Of a stretch of 48,072 nucleotides of DNA, positions 1 through 9,110 are shown piece after piece. The notes beneath the pieces are model-generated. The model did not search any database. It was not told the DNA's origin and saw only the letters and a program-made list of their open reading frames with translations. Every line of letters begins with the position of its first letter. Position 1 is the stretch's first letter. Location of the stretch: the sequence record DRR378314_231; one strand, written 5' to 3'. Position numbers and translations under genes: made by a program.

Positions 1-285
1 GAAGGCGCGGCGATTGGGCAGGCCGGTCAGTTCGTCCATATGGGCGAGGCGGTAATTCTCACGCGCCAGGCGGGCGGCGCGGATATGATCCTTCAGGACA
101 AAATAGCAGAAAACTGGCGCGATCAGCATCGGCATGATCGCTGCCATGATCAGCACATCGATTGGCGTGATCTCCGGCAGCGCCTGTATCCAGATCGCCA
201 CCATCACCACTGAAGCCAACACCGACCCCGCGATTACCAGAACTCCTGTTCTGATCGCGTTCGACACATCCTGTGAAATAGACAT
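1..285 (-). CDS. Membrane-anchored GGDEF diguanylate cyclase, N-terminal part (continues beyond the window start)
   Basis: Manual translation from ATG at 285 (SD GGGAG upstream): MSISQDVSNAIRTGVLVIAGSVLASVV..., two hydrophobic helices, then LARENYRLAHMDELTGLPNRRAF, the D-x-LTGL-x-NRR motif that opens GGDEF domains. Not in the ORF track because no stop lies in the window. Confidence 0.85.
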   Translation of the reverse strand, partial: MSISQDVSNAIRTGVLVIAGSVLASVVMVAIWIQALPEITPIDVLIMAAIMPMLIAPVFCYFVLKDHIRAARLARENYRLAHMDELTGLPNRRAF

Positions 286-411
286 TGCGTCTCCCTGTCC
301 CACCGGAGATTGATCGCATAGCCGCATTAAGCGGGTCCCTATTTCCGCAGGGGAATTGGTCAGGGGCAGTTAGGGTCTGATTATCCATGATGGATCGGGG
401 CGGGGTCCGCG

Positions 412-446
412 CAGGAAAAAGCCGGCCTCATGGACCGGCTTTCCTG
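412..446 (-). terminator. Probable intrinsic terminator downstream of the 62-aa ORF
   Basis: Inverted repeat AAAGCCGG...CCGGCTTT; the A-run on + gives a U-tail on the minus strand. Confidence 0.55.
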
Positions 447-462
447 GCGTATTTGGGCGCGA

Positions 463-651
463 TTAGCGGGCCATCTGGCGCGGCTTGTTGGCAACATTCG
501 TGACGTGCTCGGCCACGGCCGGGATGAGGCGCGGGCTTTTGGACTGGCGACGCCCGAGGAAGTGAAGCGTTGCGCGGCGAGCGGCATAGGCTGCGCTCGT
601 CGTTGCGGCAGCGGTTCCGGCGGCGATGGCGATCTGTTTCCAGAGTTTCAT
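463..651 (-). CDS. Small hypothetical protein (62 aa) with N-terminal Ala-rich hydrophobic helix and basic tail
   Basis: SD AAGGAG 6 nt before ATG at 651; MKLWKQIAIAAGTAAATTSAAYAARR...; ECF-type promoter upstream and terminator downstream. Confidence 0.7.
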   Translation of the reverse strand: MKLWKQIAIAAGTAAATTSAAYAARRATLHFLGRRQSKSPRLIPAVAEHVTNVANKPRQMAR

Positions 652-680
652 GTCAGGCTCCTTTGTGTGGCGTTCACCCA

Positions 681-709
681 ATCAATGCGCGCCCTCGCCC
701 GCCGGTTCC
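681..709 (-). promoter_or_regulatory. ECF sigma (SigT/EcfG-type general stress) promoter GGAAC-N17-CATTGAT
   Basis: Minus strand reads GGAAC cggcgggcgagggcgcg CATTGATTGGG; the same architecture occurs at 1357-1385 and 14550-14578. Confidence 0.7.
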
Positions 710-716
710 GAATGGC

Positions 717-917
717 TTAGCGCCGCCCCATCACGGGTGGCATCATCCGGCGGGTTTTCAGCGCATGCGCCACATCTGACAGGCCGGGCGCGTCCGGCGC
801 GCGATCTGGGTGTTCCGGGTCCAGGCGTGCGTGGCGCAGGCCCTGTCGCACATAGGCATCTTCGGGACGGCTCGCGGCCTTGTCAGCGGCGCGGCGCATG
901 GTTTTCCAGAAATTCAT
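717..917 (-). CDS. Small hypothetical protein (66 aa), basic
   Basis: SD AAGGGAG before ATG at 917; MNFWKTMRRAADKAASRPEDAYVRQGLRH...; a TGCTATACT -10-like element lies near 972-980 (minus). Confidence 0.55.
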   Translation of the reverse strand: MNFWKTMRRAADKAASRPEDAYVRQGLRHARLDPEHPDRAPDAPGLSDVAHALKTRRMMPPVMGRR

Positions 918-1029
918 CTCAGTCTCCCTTGCTGATGTTGCGAGGGCGGGCGGAAGGCCCGCCATTTGGGGAGTATAGCACACAGGAGACGGCCGCCTGA
1001 GTGAAAGCCTTGTCAGGATAGCGCGCACG

Positions 1030-1055
1030 AAAAAGGGCCGCATAAATTGCGGCCC
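1030..1055 (-). terminator. Intrinsic terminator downstream of the 70-aa ORF
   Basis: 8-bp stem GGGCCGCA/TGCGGCCC with a 5-nt loop, followed by TTTTT on the minus strand. Confidence 0.75.
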
Positions 1056-1081
1056 CGTTTCAAGCATCAATTTTTCGCGCA

Positions 1082-1294
1082 TCAGTGCGCGGTGACCGGG
1101 TCACCATGTGGGCTGGAAACGCCCTTGTGCGCGCGAAATTCGCTAGAGGTATCTTCGCCATTGCGCGTTTTCGCAGAAGTGTTGTCCTGACGGTGTTGGC
1201 GCAGGAATTTGCGGCCATATTTCTGGCCGGCAAAGGCGGCGCCTGCAGCGCCCAGGACACCAGCGGCGATCATTAACTGATTACGGGTCTTCAT
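1082..1294 (-). CDS. Small hypothetical protein (70 aa) with N-terminal hydrophobic helix; probable paralog of 463-651
   Basis: SD AAAGGAG before ATG at 1294; [31 protein letters not shown]...; has its own promoter and terminator. Confidence 0.7.
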   Translation of the reverse strand: MKTRNQLMIAAGVLGAAGAAFAGQKYGRKFLRQHRQDNTSAKTRNGEDTSSEFRAHKGVSSPHGDPVTAH

Positions 1295-1356
1295 ATCGTG
1301 TCTCCTTTGGTTCGCTTCGGTTTCATGCGGGGCGGGATTGCCATCGCATTCCCCCA

Positions 1357-1385
1357 ATCAATGGGTGGGCCCCGGCCGATGTTCC
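1357..1385 (-). promoter_or_regulatory. ECF sigma (SigT/EcfG-type) promoter GGAAC-N17-CATTGAT
   Basis: Minus strand reads GGAAC atcggccggggcccacc CATTGATTGGG. Confidence 0.7.
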
Positions 1386-1441
1386 ATGACAGAGCGGCAA
1401 GGCGCTTCCCTTCCGCGCGCCGGACGGCTAAAGCCCCCCTC

Positions 1442-2209
1442 ATGACCCTGAAAACCCGCATCATTCCCTGCCTGGACGTAAAAGACGGACGCACCGTCAA
1501 GGGCGTCAATTTCGTTGACCTGAAAGATGCGGGCGATCCCGTGGCGCTCGCTAAGGCCTATGATGCGCAAGGGGCGGACGAGCTGTGCTTCCTGGATATT
1601 TCCGCGACGCATGAAGGCCGGGGCACGCTGATGGACATTGTCTCAGCCACAGCGGAGCAATGCTTCATGCCGCTGACTGTGGGCGGCGGTGTACGAAGCG
1701 CCGAGAACATGGTGGCCCTGCTCCGCGCGGGCGCAGACAAGGTGGCGATCAATTCCGCCGCCGTGGCGGACCCGTCGGTGATCTCACGCTGCGCCGCGAA
1801 GGCAGGATCTCAGGCGGTGGTTGTGGCGATCGACGCCCGGGCCGTGGGCGACCATTGGGAAATCTTCACTCATGGCGGCCGCAAGGAAACCGGCATTGAT
1901 GCGGTGGCCTTTGCAAAGGAAGCCGAAGCGCGCGGCGCCGGGGAAATCCTGCTGACCAGCATGGACCGGGACGGCACCAAATCGGGATACGACCTGCCCC
2001 TGTTGAAGGCGATCACCAGCGCGGTGAACATTCCCGTCATCGCCAGTGGCGGGGCGGGCAAGGTGGAAGACCTCGCCCCCGCGGTGATCGAAGGTGGGGC
2101 AACTGCCGTTCTGGCCGCATCGATCTTCCATTTCGGTGAAGCGACGATTGCCGAGGCGCGCGCCGCCCTTGCCACCGCAGGCGCGCCTGTTCGGCCGCTT
2201 GCAAACTGA
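1442..2209 (+). CDS. hisF: Imidazole glycerol phosphate synthase cyclase subunit
   Basis: [51 protein letters not shown] and ASIFHFG motifs; start trimmed from the ORF-track 1298. Confidence 0.97.
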   Translation: MTLKTRIIPCLDVKDGRTVKGVNFVDLKDAGDPVALAKAYDAQGADELCFLDISATHEGRGTLMDIVSATAEQCFMPLTVGGGVRSAENMVALLRAGADKVAINSAAVADPSVISRCAAKAGSQAVVVAIDARAVGDHWEIFTHGGRKETGIDAVAFAKEAEARGAGEILLTSMDRDGTKSGYDLPLLKAITSAVNIPVIASGGAGKVEDLAPAVIEGGATAVLAASIFHFGEATIAEARAALATAGAPVRPLAN

Positions 2210-2298
2210 GCCCCTTTCAGATTCGTCATAAAGGCTTCAATTGCGTCATCCGCGCATCGGCGTAGTCTTTCCCTTCAGAACACAGGAAGGGAACAAAC

Positions 2299-2715
2299 AT
2301 GAGAGGCGAGTGCATTTGTGGTGCCGTCAAGATCACCATTCCAGATATCAGCGAAGTCGCTGTATGCCATTGCGCAACATGCCGTCGCTGGGGTGGCGGG
2401 CCGTTGTTTACCGTAGACCATGATGGAAAACTGGAGATTGAGGGCGAGGAGAATATCTCCGAATACCAATCATCCGACTGGGCAGAGCGCGCATTCTGTA
2501 GCAAATGCGGTAGCCATTTGTTCTACCATCTGAAATTTCACGATCACTTCGCCCTGTCAGCCGGGCTATTCCAGGACGTGCCGCTCAAGAAAATCAGCCA
2601 GCAGATCTTCATTGATCAGAAGCCAGACTTTTACGAATTGGCAAACGACACGCCAAAACTTACCGGTGAGGAAGCATTCGCTGCATTTGAGGCCTCAAAC
2701 AACGAAGAGGACTAG
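2299..2715 (+). CDS. GFA (glutathione-dependent formaldehyde-activating)/CENP-V family protein
   Basis: GxCxCG...CHCxxCRR...FCxxCGS zinc-binding pattern. Confidence 0.9.
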   Translation: MRGECICGAVKITIPDISEVAVCHCATCRRWGGGPLFTVDHDGKLEIEGEENISEYQSSDWAERAFCSKCGSHLFYHLKFHDHFALSAGLFQDVPLKKISQQIFIDQKPDFYELANDTPKLTGEEAFAAFEASNNEED

Positions 2716-3527
2716 TCCGCAAAGGACGGCTTGCGCTTTTGCATTTCTGCAAACACCGCCTCCATCTGGTTTGGTGTACGGATGATCTTGTCCTGCTCGT
2801 CTGATTCGGCCTGCAGCAATTCCGCATCCGTTGCATACTGCATCATGTTGAAGATGCGCTTGGAAGCCTGAATGGCGTCCGGGTTCTTGTTCGCGATTTG
2901 CGTGGCAAGCGCCATCGCGTCTTCCAGAGGCGTGTCAGAGACATGGGTGGCAAAGCCCAAATGTTTCGCTTCGGCGCCATTGAAGATGCGGTTCGTATAG
3001 GTCAATTCACGCAGCACATCGTCGCGGACATTGCCGCGCCAGAGTGGGAAGCCGGCCATGTCCGGTACGAGGCCCCATTTCAATTCCATGATGGCGCAGC
3101 GTGTATCGGGATGCACGAACCGAATGTCGGCGCCGGACAGGATCTGGAAGCCGCCGCCAAAGGCAACGCCATGCGCCGCCGCGATGACCGGCGCCGGAAT
3201 TTCGCGCCAGCCCCAGGCCACATGCTGGGCGCGATTGGCAATGCCATGCGTGCGCTCGGCCAGCGTGCTGGCACTGCCGGTGACGCTCTTGGCCCCATCG
3301 CTGCCGGAATCACTGCCGAGGCTGGACAGGTCGAGCCCGGCGCAGAAGGCGCGCCCCTCCCCCGAGACAACTACGACGCGCAGGCCCTTGGTCTCTTTCA
3401 ACTGGGCGATCGCCTCATTGATGCCGTCAAACATGGCGGGGTCGAGGGCGTTCATCTTGTCGGTGCGGATGAAGCGGACATCGGCAATGCCATCGTCCAG
3501 CATGGTGATTGAGACCCGGTCTTTCAT
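2712..3527 (-). CDS. Enoyl-CoA hydratase/isomerase (crotonase) family protein
   Basis: KMNALD, AFCAGLDL, PVIAAAHGVAFGGG and ELKWGLVPD motifs. Confidence 0.93.
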   Translation of the reverse strand: MKDRVSITMLDDGIADVRFIRTDKMNALDPAMFDGINEAIAQLKETKGLRVVVVSGEGRAFCAGLDLSSLGSDSGSDGAKSVTGSASTLAERTHGIANRAQHVAWGWREIPAPVIAAAHGVAFGGGFQILSGADIRFVHPDTRCAIMELKWGLVPDMAGFPLWRGNVRDDVLRELTYTNRIFNGAEAKHLGFATHVSDTPLEDAMALATQIANKNPDAIQASKRIFNMMQYATDAELLQAESDEQDKIIRTPNQMEAVFAEMQKRKPSFAD

Positions 3528-3636
3528 GACTCTGTTCCTGATCTGGTGGCGTTTCCTTTCGTAAAAGTGCGCCAGCGGGGCCCCGCGTCAAGCGCCCGCG
3601 CTTCCTCACGTCGCGTAAGTGCGCTATGGCGGAGGT

Positions 3637-3978
3637 ATGACGGATCTTGGCTCTTCTGACCGCCTTGCTGCGGCCCTCGCTCATCTCGGCAGCACAATCG
3701 ACGCGCGCGCGAAGGAAGGTGATGCCTCAAAATCCTGGACGGCTAAGCTGCTGGCCAAGGGGCCGGAATCCTGCGCGGAAAAGGTGCATGAGGAAGGCAT
3801 GGAGCTGGCCGAAGCGGTGCGCCGCGAGAGTGATGCGAACGTCGCCAGCGAGGCGGCAGATGTCCTCTACCACGCTTTCGTCGCGCTGCGCTCCCGCGGT
3901 GTGAGCCTCGATGATGTGGCCGCCGCATTGGAAAAGCGGCAGGGTATCAGCGGGATTGACGAGAAGGCCAGTCGCTAG
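3637..3978 (+). CDS. hisE: Phosphoribosyl-ATP pyrophosphatase
   Basis: SWTAKLL..G...AEKVHEEGMEL...SEAADVLYH...R.G.SGIDEKASR; SD GGAGG before ATG at 3637. Confidence 0.92.
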   Translation: MTDLGSSDRLAAALAHLGSTIDARAKEGDASKSWTAKLLAKGPESCAEKVHEEGMELAEAVRRESDANVASEAADVLYHAFVALRSRGVSLDDVAAALEKRQGISGIDEKASR

Positions 3979-4946
3979 ACGTTGAACGCCCGGCGAACGA
4001 GTGAGGGCGCAAGCGGGGACACGGTGTGCCCGATCATCGAAAGCCCATAATAGGTGGTCGCGAGCCCCTTGGCGACGAGACGCCCCCGCGCGCCGAGCTT
4101 CATACCATCGGCCCCTTCGTCGATGCGCCTGAACGCACCTGAGAGATTCCACTTCGCCTTGCGCAGCGGGAACAGCGACGGACGCGGATCAGACTGCGGC
4201 CGGAGCGTCTGGTCCATCAACCAGGCATCATGGCCATCAATGACGGCACGCTTCAGAAAGTGGCCGAGACCATTTGGCGGCGGATGGGAAACGCGCGCCG
4301 CCGGACAGATTTCGATCTGTTCGCCTGTCTTGCGCAACTGGTCCGCCAGCACATAGCAGCGCCCCCGCACCAGGTCGCTGTCCGGGAACGGTGCGCGGAG
4401 AAAGGTTTCCCGCTCGATCAGGAAATTGTTGGCAAAGAAACGATCGCTTTCAAAAGCCTCTGTCGCAGGCGACCGCGGCGGGAAGAACCAGAACAGGGCG
4501 AAGGCCCGGTCCAGCAGGCTGACTGGTTCGACGTAGGTCTGGCCGCCGACAATAACCGCATTGCTGGTGCGACGAGCTTCCAGCAACGTTTCAAGCCAGC
4601 CCTCTTCCGGCACGACATCACTGTCGATGAAGCATAGCCAGGGCCGCGTCGCGAGGGTCGCGCCAAGATTCTTCTGCTCGTAATATTCCAGATCGTGGGC
4701 GGCTTCGATGCGGATCTCGGCGCGCGCCTCCGGATTCCAAGCCGAGTCCACGAATTGCTTCAGGGCGCTTGAATCAATGGCCTCTGGATCATGCAGGATC
4801 AGGATTTCGGCAGGGTCCGCAAACCGGTCAGCCAGGGCCGCAATCTGTCCGGACACACATTCGAGCATGTCTGCGGCGCGATCCGCCTCCGCGAGCTTGG
4901 CGTTCTCCCATTCCATGATGACCGAAAGGCCGGGATACCTTGTCAT
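3975..4946 (-). CDS. Glycosyltransferase family 2 (GT-A fold)
   Basis: KNLGA...WLCFIDSDVVPEEGWLETL (DxD motif), ANNFLIERETF; start codon uncertain (4946 or 4973). Confidence 0.75.
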   Translation of the reverse strand: MTRYPGLSVIMEWENAKLAEADRAADMLECVSGQIAALADRFADPAEILILHDPEAIDSSALKQFVDSAWNPEARAEIRIEAAHDLEYYEQKNLGATLATRPWLCFIDSDVVPEEGWLETLLEARRTSNAVIVGGQTYVEPVSLLDRAFALFWFFPPRSPATEAFESDRFFANNFLIERETFLRAPFPDSDLVRGRCYVLADQLRKTGEQIEICPAARVSHPPPNGLGHFLKRAVIDGHDAWLMDQTLRPQSDPRPSLFPLRKAKWNLSGAFRRIDEGADGMKLGARGRLVAKGLATTYYGLSMIGHTVSPLAPSLVRRAFNV

Positions 4947-5060
4947 AAAATCTGTTCCTGCCTGCCGGGACACCTTATCGCGAAAGCAATATCCGCGCCA
5001 AGCAAGGCGAATGTGCCAGCGAGGCGGGAAATCCGGATATATGCGCGAAAATTCAGCGCA

Positions 5061-5795
5061 CTATACCTCTTTTGGCGGTTTCAAACGGCGTTTGGTCTGA
5101 TGGGTGTCTGCCTTGTCGCCAGTCGGTTTTTCGCCACGCATATAGTGGCGCTGCCAGCGTTCTTTCATGGCGTTTTCCTCGCCGCCGGCGAGGCGCGTAT
5201 TGAAATCAGCGCGGCTGTCGCGCCAGGCGTCATATTCCTTCACCAGCTCCTCATTCGAGCGCAATAGTTTCCGCTCCGGCTCGATCTCTTCCAGCTTCTT
5301 GTGTTCCATCAGCGTGATGAAGGCGAAGGGCTCGCCCTTTTCGAAGATCACTTCGCCGGGGCGCGTCATTTGCCAGTTCATTGTGAACGGAAACGGTAGC
5401 CAGTCGGTCTCAACGAGGCCTGTCAGCGGGTAGATGCCATCCTTCGGCCAGTTTGGCGGGCCGGTGACCCAGACGCCCCAGCCGGGCGGCGTGCGGAACA
5501 GATGGCCTGTATGGAAGGTGACGATGCCGCGCATGAAATGAGCATCGGCAAAGCTGGCGATGGCGTTCGGATCGCCGCGGGTGAGCAACTGGATGTCTTC
5601 ATTCCGGTTGCCGCCATTCCACTTGATCTTGATGTCCATCGGGCACAGCAATTCCCAGCCGGTGGCGTTTGCCATCGTCAGCGGCAGGCAGCGATAGGGG
5701 TGGCGATCCGTGAACGCATCCATCCAGTCGCGATTGGAGCGCGCGGGCACAAGGTCTGGCGCGACATCATAGATCTTGTAGCAGTCGAGGTGCAT
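5061..5795 (-). CDS. DUF6065-like conserved hypothetical protein
   Basis: PARSNRDWMD...YRCLPLTMANATGWELLCP...GIVTFH.GHLFRTPPGW...GPPN.PKDGIYPLTGLVETDWLPFPFTMNW; family recognised from memory, not searched. Confidence 0.7.
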   Translation of the reverse strand: MHLDCYKIYDVAPDLVPARSNRDWMDAFTDRHPYRCLPLTMANATGWELLCPMDIKIKWNGGNRNEDIQLLTRGDPNAIASFADAHFMRGIVTFHTGHLFRTPPGWGVWVTGPPNWPKDGIYPLTGLVETDWLPFPFTMNWQMTRPGEVIFEKGEPFAFITLMEHKKLEEIEPERKLLRSNEELVKEYDAWRDSRADFNTRLAGGEENAMKERWQRHYMRGEKPTGDKADTHQTKRRLKPPKEV

Positions 5796-5853
5796 GGAAG
5801 CGGTATCCGGGGCAAAGCTTGACGAGGCCTCAAGTCTTGGCCCAAACGGCGCC

Positions 5854-6363
5854 ATGACTGCAACCCCCGATGATCTGTTCGCCTATCTGGATGAGTTGGG
5901 CATTGCCCACACCACGCACTGGCACGCGCCCGTCTTCACCGTGGAGGAAGGCCGGGACCTGAAAGCGTCGATGCCGGGCGGGCATACGAAGAACCTGTTC
6001 CTGACCGACAAGGAAGGCGCCATCATCCTGATCGCGGCGGAGGCGCACTCACAGTTGAAACTGAACCGGCTGCACCGGCTGATCGGGACGCGGCGGCTTT
6101 CCTTTGGCGCGCCGGAATTGATGGAAGAGGTTCTGGGCGTCACACCGGGATCCGTTACGGCGTTCGCATTGTTGAATGACCGGGAAGGACGCGTGCGCTT
6201 TCTGGTGGATGCGGCCCTGATGGCGCATGATCCGGTGAACTTCCACCCGCTGACCAATACAGGCACAACGGCCATCGCGCGGGACGACCTGGAAGTATTC
6301 GCACGCGCAACGGGACACGGGTTCGAAGTGGTGGACTTCACCCAATTGCTGGACGAGGGCTGA
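5854..6363 (+). CDS. YbaK/ProX (PrdX)-type Ala-tRNA(Pro) editing deacylase
   Basis: H.PVFTVEE...GGHTKNLFL.DK, RLSF, LGVTPGSVTAFAL and NFHPLTNTGT motifs. Confidence 0.9.
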   Translation: MTATPDDLFAYLDELGIAHTTHWHAPVFTVEEGRDLKASMPGGHTKNLFLTDKEGAIILIAAEAHSQLKLNRLHRLIGTRRLSFGAPELMEEVLGVTPGSVTAFALLNDREGRVRFLVDAALMAHDPVNFHPLTNTGTTAIARDDLEVFARATGHGFEVVDFTQLLDEG

Positions 6364-6441
6364 TCCCCTGCCCCAAAAAGGGAGGGGCCGCCCATGACAG
6401 GCGACCCCGGGGATTGACTTGCTGAAAAGTCTTTTGACTGA

Positions 6442-8946
6442 CTAATCGAATGTATACTTCAGACGCACACCCATCGAGCGCGGTGCGCCGACGTGCGTGT
6501 AGTAGGTACGCTGATAGACTGGACCGCCGAGATCATCGGACAGAACCTGATTGTAGAGATTCGTGCCAACGACGCCGGTTTCGTAGAACTCATCGAACAG
6601 ATTGTTCACGAAGAAGGTCGCCTGCCAGTCACCCGTGTCATACACCGCGGAGACGTTGGCAAGGCCGAAGGAATCCAACGTCAGGCCATCGCCAAGTCCA
6701 CCGGTCCGGCTGAGCACGTCGCCCTGCCATGTGTAGCCGGCATTGAACGCAAGTTCGCCATCTGCAAACGGCATGACATAGGTACCGAACAAGGCCAACT
6801 GGTCTTCAGGTGAGCCCGGAAGGCGGTCACCATCGCTGCCATCCAGAAGGACTGTGCCAAAGCCTGGAGGCGAAATGGTACCGACAAGACCCGGCGCATC
6901 AGCCGTCAGTTTGGCCTCAGTGTGACTGTAGCTGCCGCGGACAGACAGGTTTTCGTTTACAGCCCAGGCTCCACTGACTTCGAAGCCTTTTGATTCCGCA
7001 CCTTCGGCGTTCACCGTGATCGGAATGGATGCGTTGATCGTGGCGGAGGTGAGCTGCGGATCGGACCATTCGATGAAGTAGACGGCACCGTTCAGCGTCA
7101 CCCGGCCATCCATGAGCGTTGATTTGAATCCAAGCTCATAATTGGTTGTGGTGTCAGGACCGTACTGCGACTCATCCCGTGTGGAGATATCGCCCGCACC
7201 CGGCCCGAACTGCTGTCCCGGCAACAGCGCACAGGCGCCCTGCTGGTTGTCTGTCGGATCATAATCCGGGCAAACGCCGATACCGTTCGAGTTGCCAATA
7301 CGATAGCCTTCACTGACTGTGAAATAGCCAAGAATATCGTCAGTGAACTCATAAGACGTGTTGAACTTGAACAGAGTTCCGTCGTCTGACTGGCTGGTGC
7401 GTTCGGTGCCGTTGGGGCTGCCGGCCGCGAAGTCAGACTTCAAGCTGTTTTCCAGATCATTGATGCCGACCGGCTGCAGATAGTCGGGGCCACTGTCAAA
7501 CAAGGGGAAATCCACATCACTGAAGGATTCAAGATCGTACTCATAGTAGCGACCGCCAACCGTGACGGTCCACTTGTCTGTGATCTCAAACCCGATTTCA
7601 CCGAACAGAGCCATTTCCTCAAGCTCGGAGAAGAACTGGGAATAGTATTCCAGATCGTCCGGACGGTCGAAACCGACATAGTCCGCATAGCCCGGCGTGT
7701 ATTCCTGTGAATACGACGTGACGTCTGAGTTGTTGTAGAACGCCCCAATGATCCAGTTGAACCGGCTTTCCGTCGTCGAGACGAGGCGGACCTCCTGGTT
7801 GAAGGTGTTTTCACGGCCCTTCTCATGCGTGAAGGAGGTGAAGGTCGGGAACAACTCATAGCTGTATTCCAGAGAGATCAGCAGGTCTGTCTGGTCGCGC
7901 TGGCCATCATCGTCGAAGCGGGAATAACCTGTCGCAGAGGTCAGTTCCGCAAAGCCGAGATCAGCTGTCAGCTCAAGCGCGAGCAGCTGGTTCGTGATCT
8001 CGTTCGGCTCTTCGACGCGCTTGGCCAGTTCATACTTGCCGGTGTTGAGCGTATTGCGCCAGCTGGAACCCTGACGGCCATCAATGTCCGACTTCTGATA
8101 GTAATAGGTTGCCGTACCATCGAGCCAGTCGAGCGGCTCCCAGCGCGCAGCAAGGCGCCCCGACACCGTCCGCTCACCATTCGCGTCGGTGACGCCGCGC
8201 AGGTTTGCGGCCACATCAGACGGATCAGAAAAATCCGGATCCGGGTCAGACACGCCGATTTCCTGAACAATATAAGGATAATCGATGAAGCCGGAATCGT
8301 CTTCAAAGTCGATCGAGCCTCGGATGGCAAAGTTCGGCGCCAGCGCCTTGTTGAAGGTAAGGCCTGTCTCATAGCTGAGGGATGCGGCCTCGGAATACTT
8401 CGAGACTTCGGAGCGCACTTCGAGAAGATCACCGCCGAAATCCGGCTTGTTCGGAATGTAGCGAATCGCGCCGCCCAACGTACCCGCACCATAGAGTGTG
8501 CCCTGTGGCCCAAGCAGAACTTCGACACGCTGCATGTCGTTCAGCTTCAGGTCCACGAACAGCGGAATTTCGCCAATATAGGTTGCGACCGTGCCGCCGC
8601 CATCATTGTTGCCATCGCCGGAGCCGAGGCCATCCGCATTCAGGCCGCGCACGATCAACGGGTTGCCCTGACGGCCCCCGCGATCCACCACGTTGATACC
8701 GGGCACGTAGGACAGCATGTCGGACAGTTCGTCGAAGCCCTGCTCCTCGATCTGTTCGCCGCCAACCGCCGCAATGTTCAACGGAATGTCCTGAACGCTT
8801 TCGGCGCGGCGAGTTGCCGTTACAGTGATTGTCTGCGCGCGCAGTTCGCTGTCGCCTGAGGCGTCTTCCTGGGCATTGGCGCCCATGACCAGGCCCGTCG
8901 CAAGTACGGCGAGGCTGGTCTGTCTTAACAAGCTGGATTTCGACAT
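6442..8946 (-). CDS. TonB-dependent outer-membrane receptor
   Basis: Signal peptide, TonB box (TITVTATRR), plug motifs (LIVRG, RVEVLLGPQGTLYGAGTLGGAI), C-terminal NNLFD...PRSMGVRLKYTF; SD AAGGAG. Confidence 0.95.
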   Translation of the reverse strand: MSKSSLLRQTSLAVLATGLVMGANAQEDASGDSELRAQTITVTATRRAESVQDIPLNIAAVGGEQIEEQGFDELSDMLSYVPGINVVDRGGRQGNPLIVRGLNADGLGSGDGNNDGGGTVATYIGEIPLFVDLKLNDMQRVEVLLGPQGTLYGAGTLGGAIRYIPNKPDFGGDLLEVRSEVSKYSEAASLSYETGLTFNKALAPNFAIRGSIDFEDDSGFIDYPYIVQEIGVSDPDPDFSDPSDVAANLRGVTDANGERTVSGRLAARWEPLDWLDGTATYYYQKSDIDGRQGSSWRNTLNTGKYELAKRVEEPNEITNQLLALELTADLGFAELTSATGYSRFDDDGQRDQTDLLISLEYSYELFPTFTSFTHEKGRENTFNQEVRLVSTTESRFNWIIGAFYNNSDVTSYSQEYTPGYADYVGFDRPDDLEYYSQFFSELEEMALFGEIGFEITDKWTVTVGGRYYEYDLESFSDVDFPLFDSGPDYLQPVGINDLENSLKSDFAAGSPNGTERTSQSDDGTLFKFNTSYEFTDDILGYFTVSEGYRIGNSNGIGVCPDYDPTDNQQGACALLPGQQFGPGAGDISTRDESQYGPDTTTNYELGFKSTLMDGRVTLNGAVYFIEWSDPQLTSATINASIPITVNAEGAESKGFEVSGAWAVNENLSVRGSYSHTEAKLTADAPGLVGTISPPGFGTVLLDGSDGDRLPGSPEDQLALFGTYVMPFADGELAFNAGYTWQGDVLSRTGGLGDGLTLDSFGLANVSAVYDTGDWQATFFVNNLFDEFYETGVVGTNLYNQVLSDDLGGPVYQRTYYTHVGAPRSMGVRLKYTFD

Positions 8947-9110
8947 AAAATTCTCCTTAAGTTCCTACCTCACCTTCCTGAGCAGGACATCGGAGGGACC
9001 CCTCCCTCACGCCGCCGTCCCATACGGCAGCACGATTGTTCCCAAGGAGTAAGATTTTTGGCACGCCTGTGCGTCACCCGTCTGCAGAACAGGATGAAAG
9101 GAGCACAGCT

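Noticed and set aside
59-388. 109-aa minus-strand ORF from the ORF track
   Set aside because: Wrong frame; the real gene is the GGDEF protein starting at 285.
9059-9073. TGGCACGcctgTGC, resembling a sigma54 -24/-12 promoter for the sulfotransferase
   Set aside because: GG-to-GC spacing is 9 nt, and sigma54 requires GG-N10-GC.
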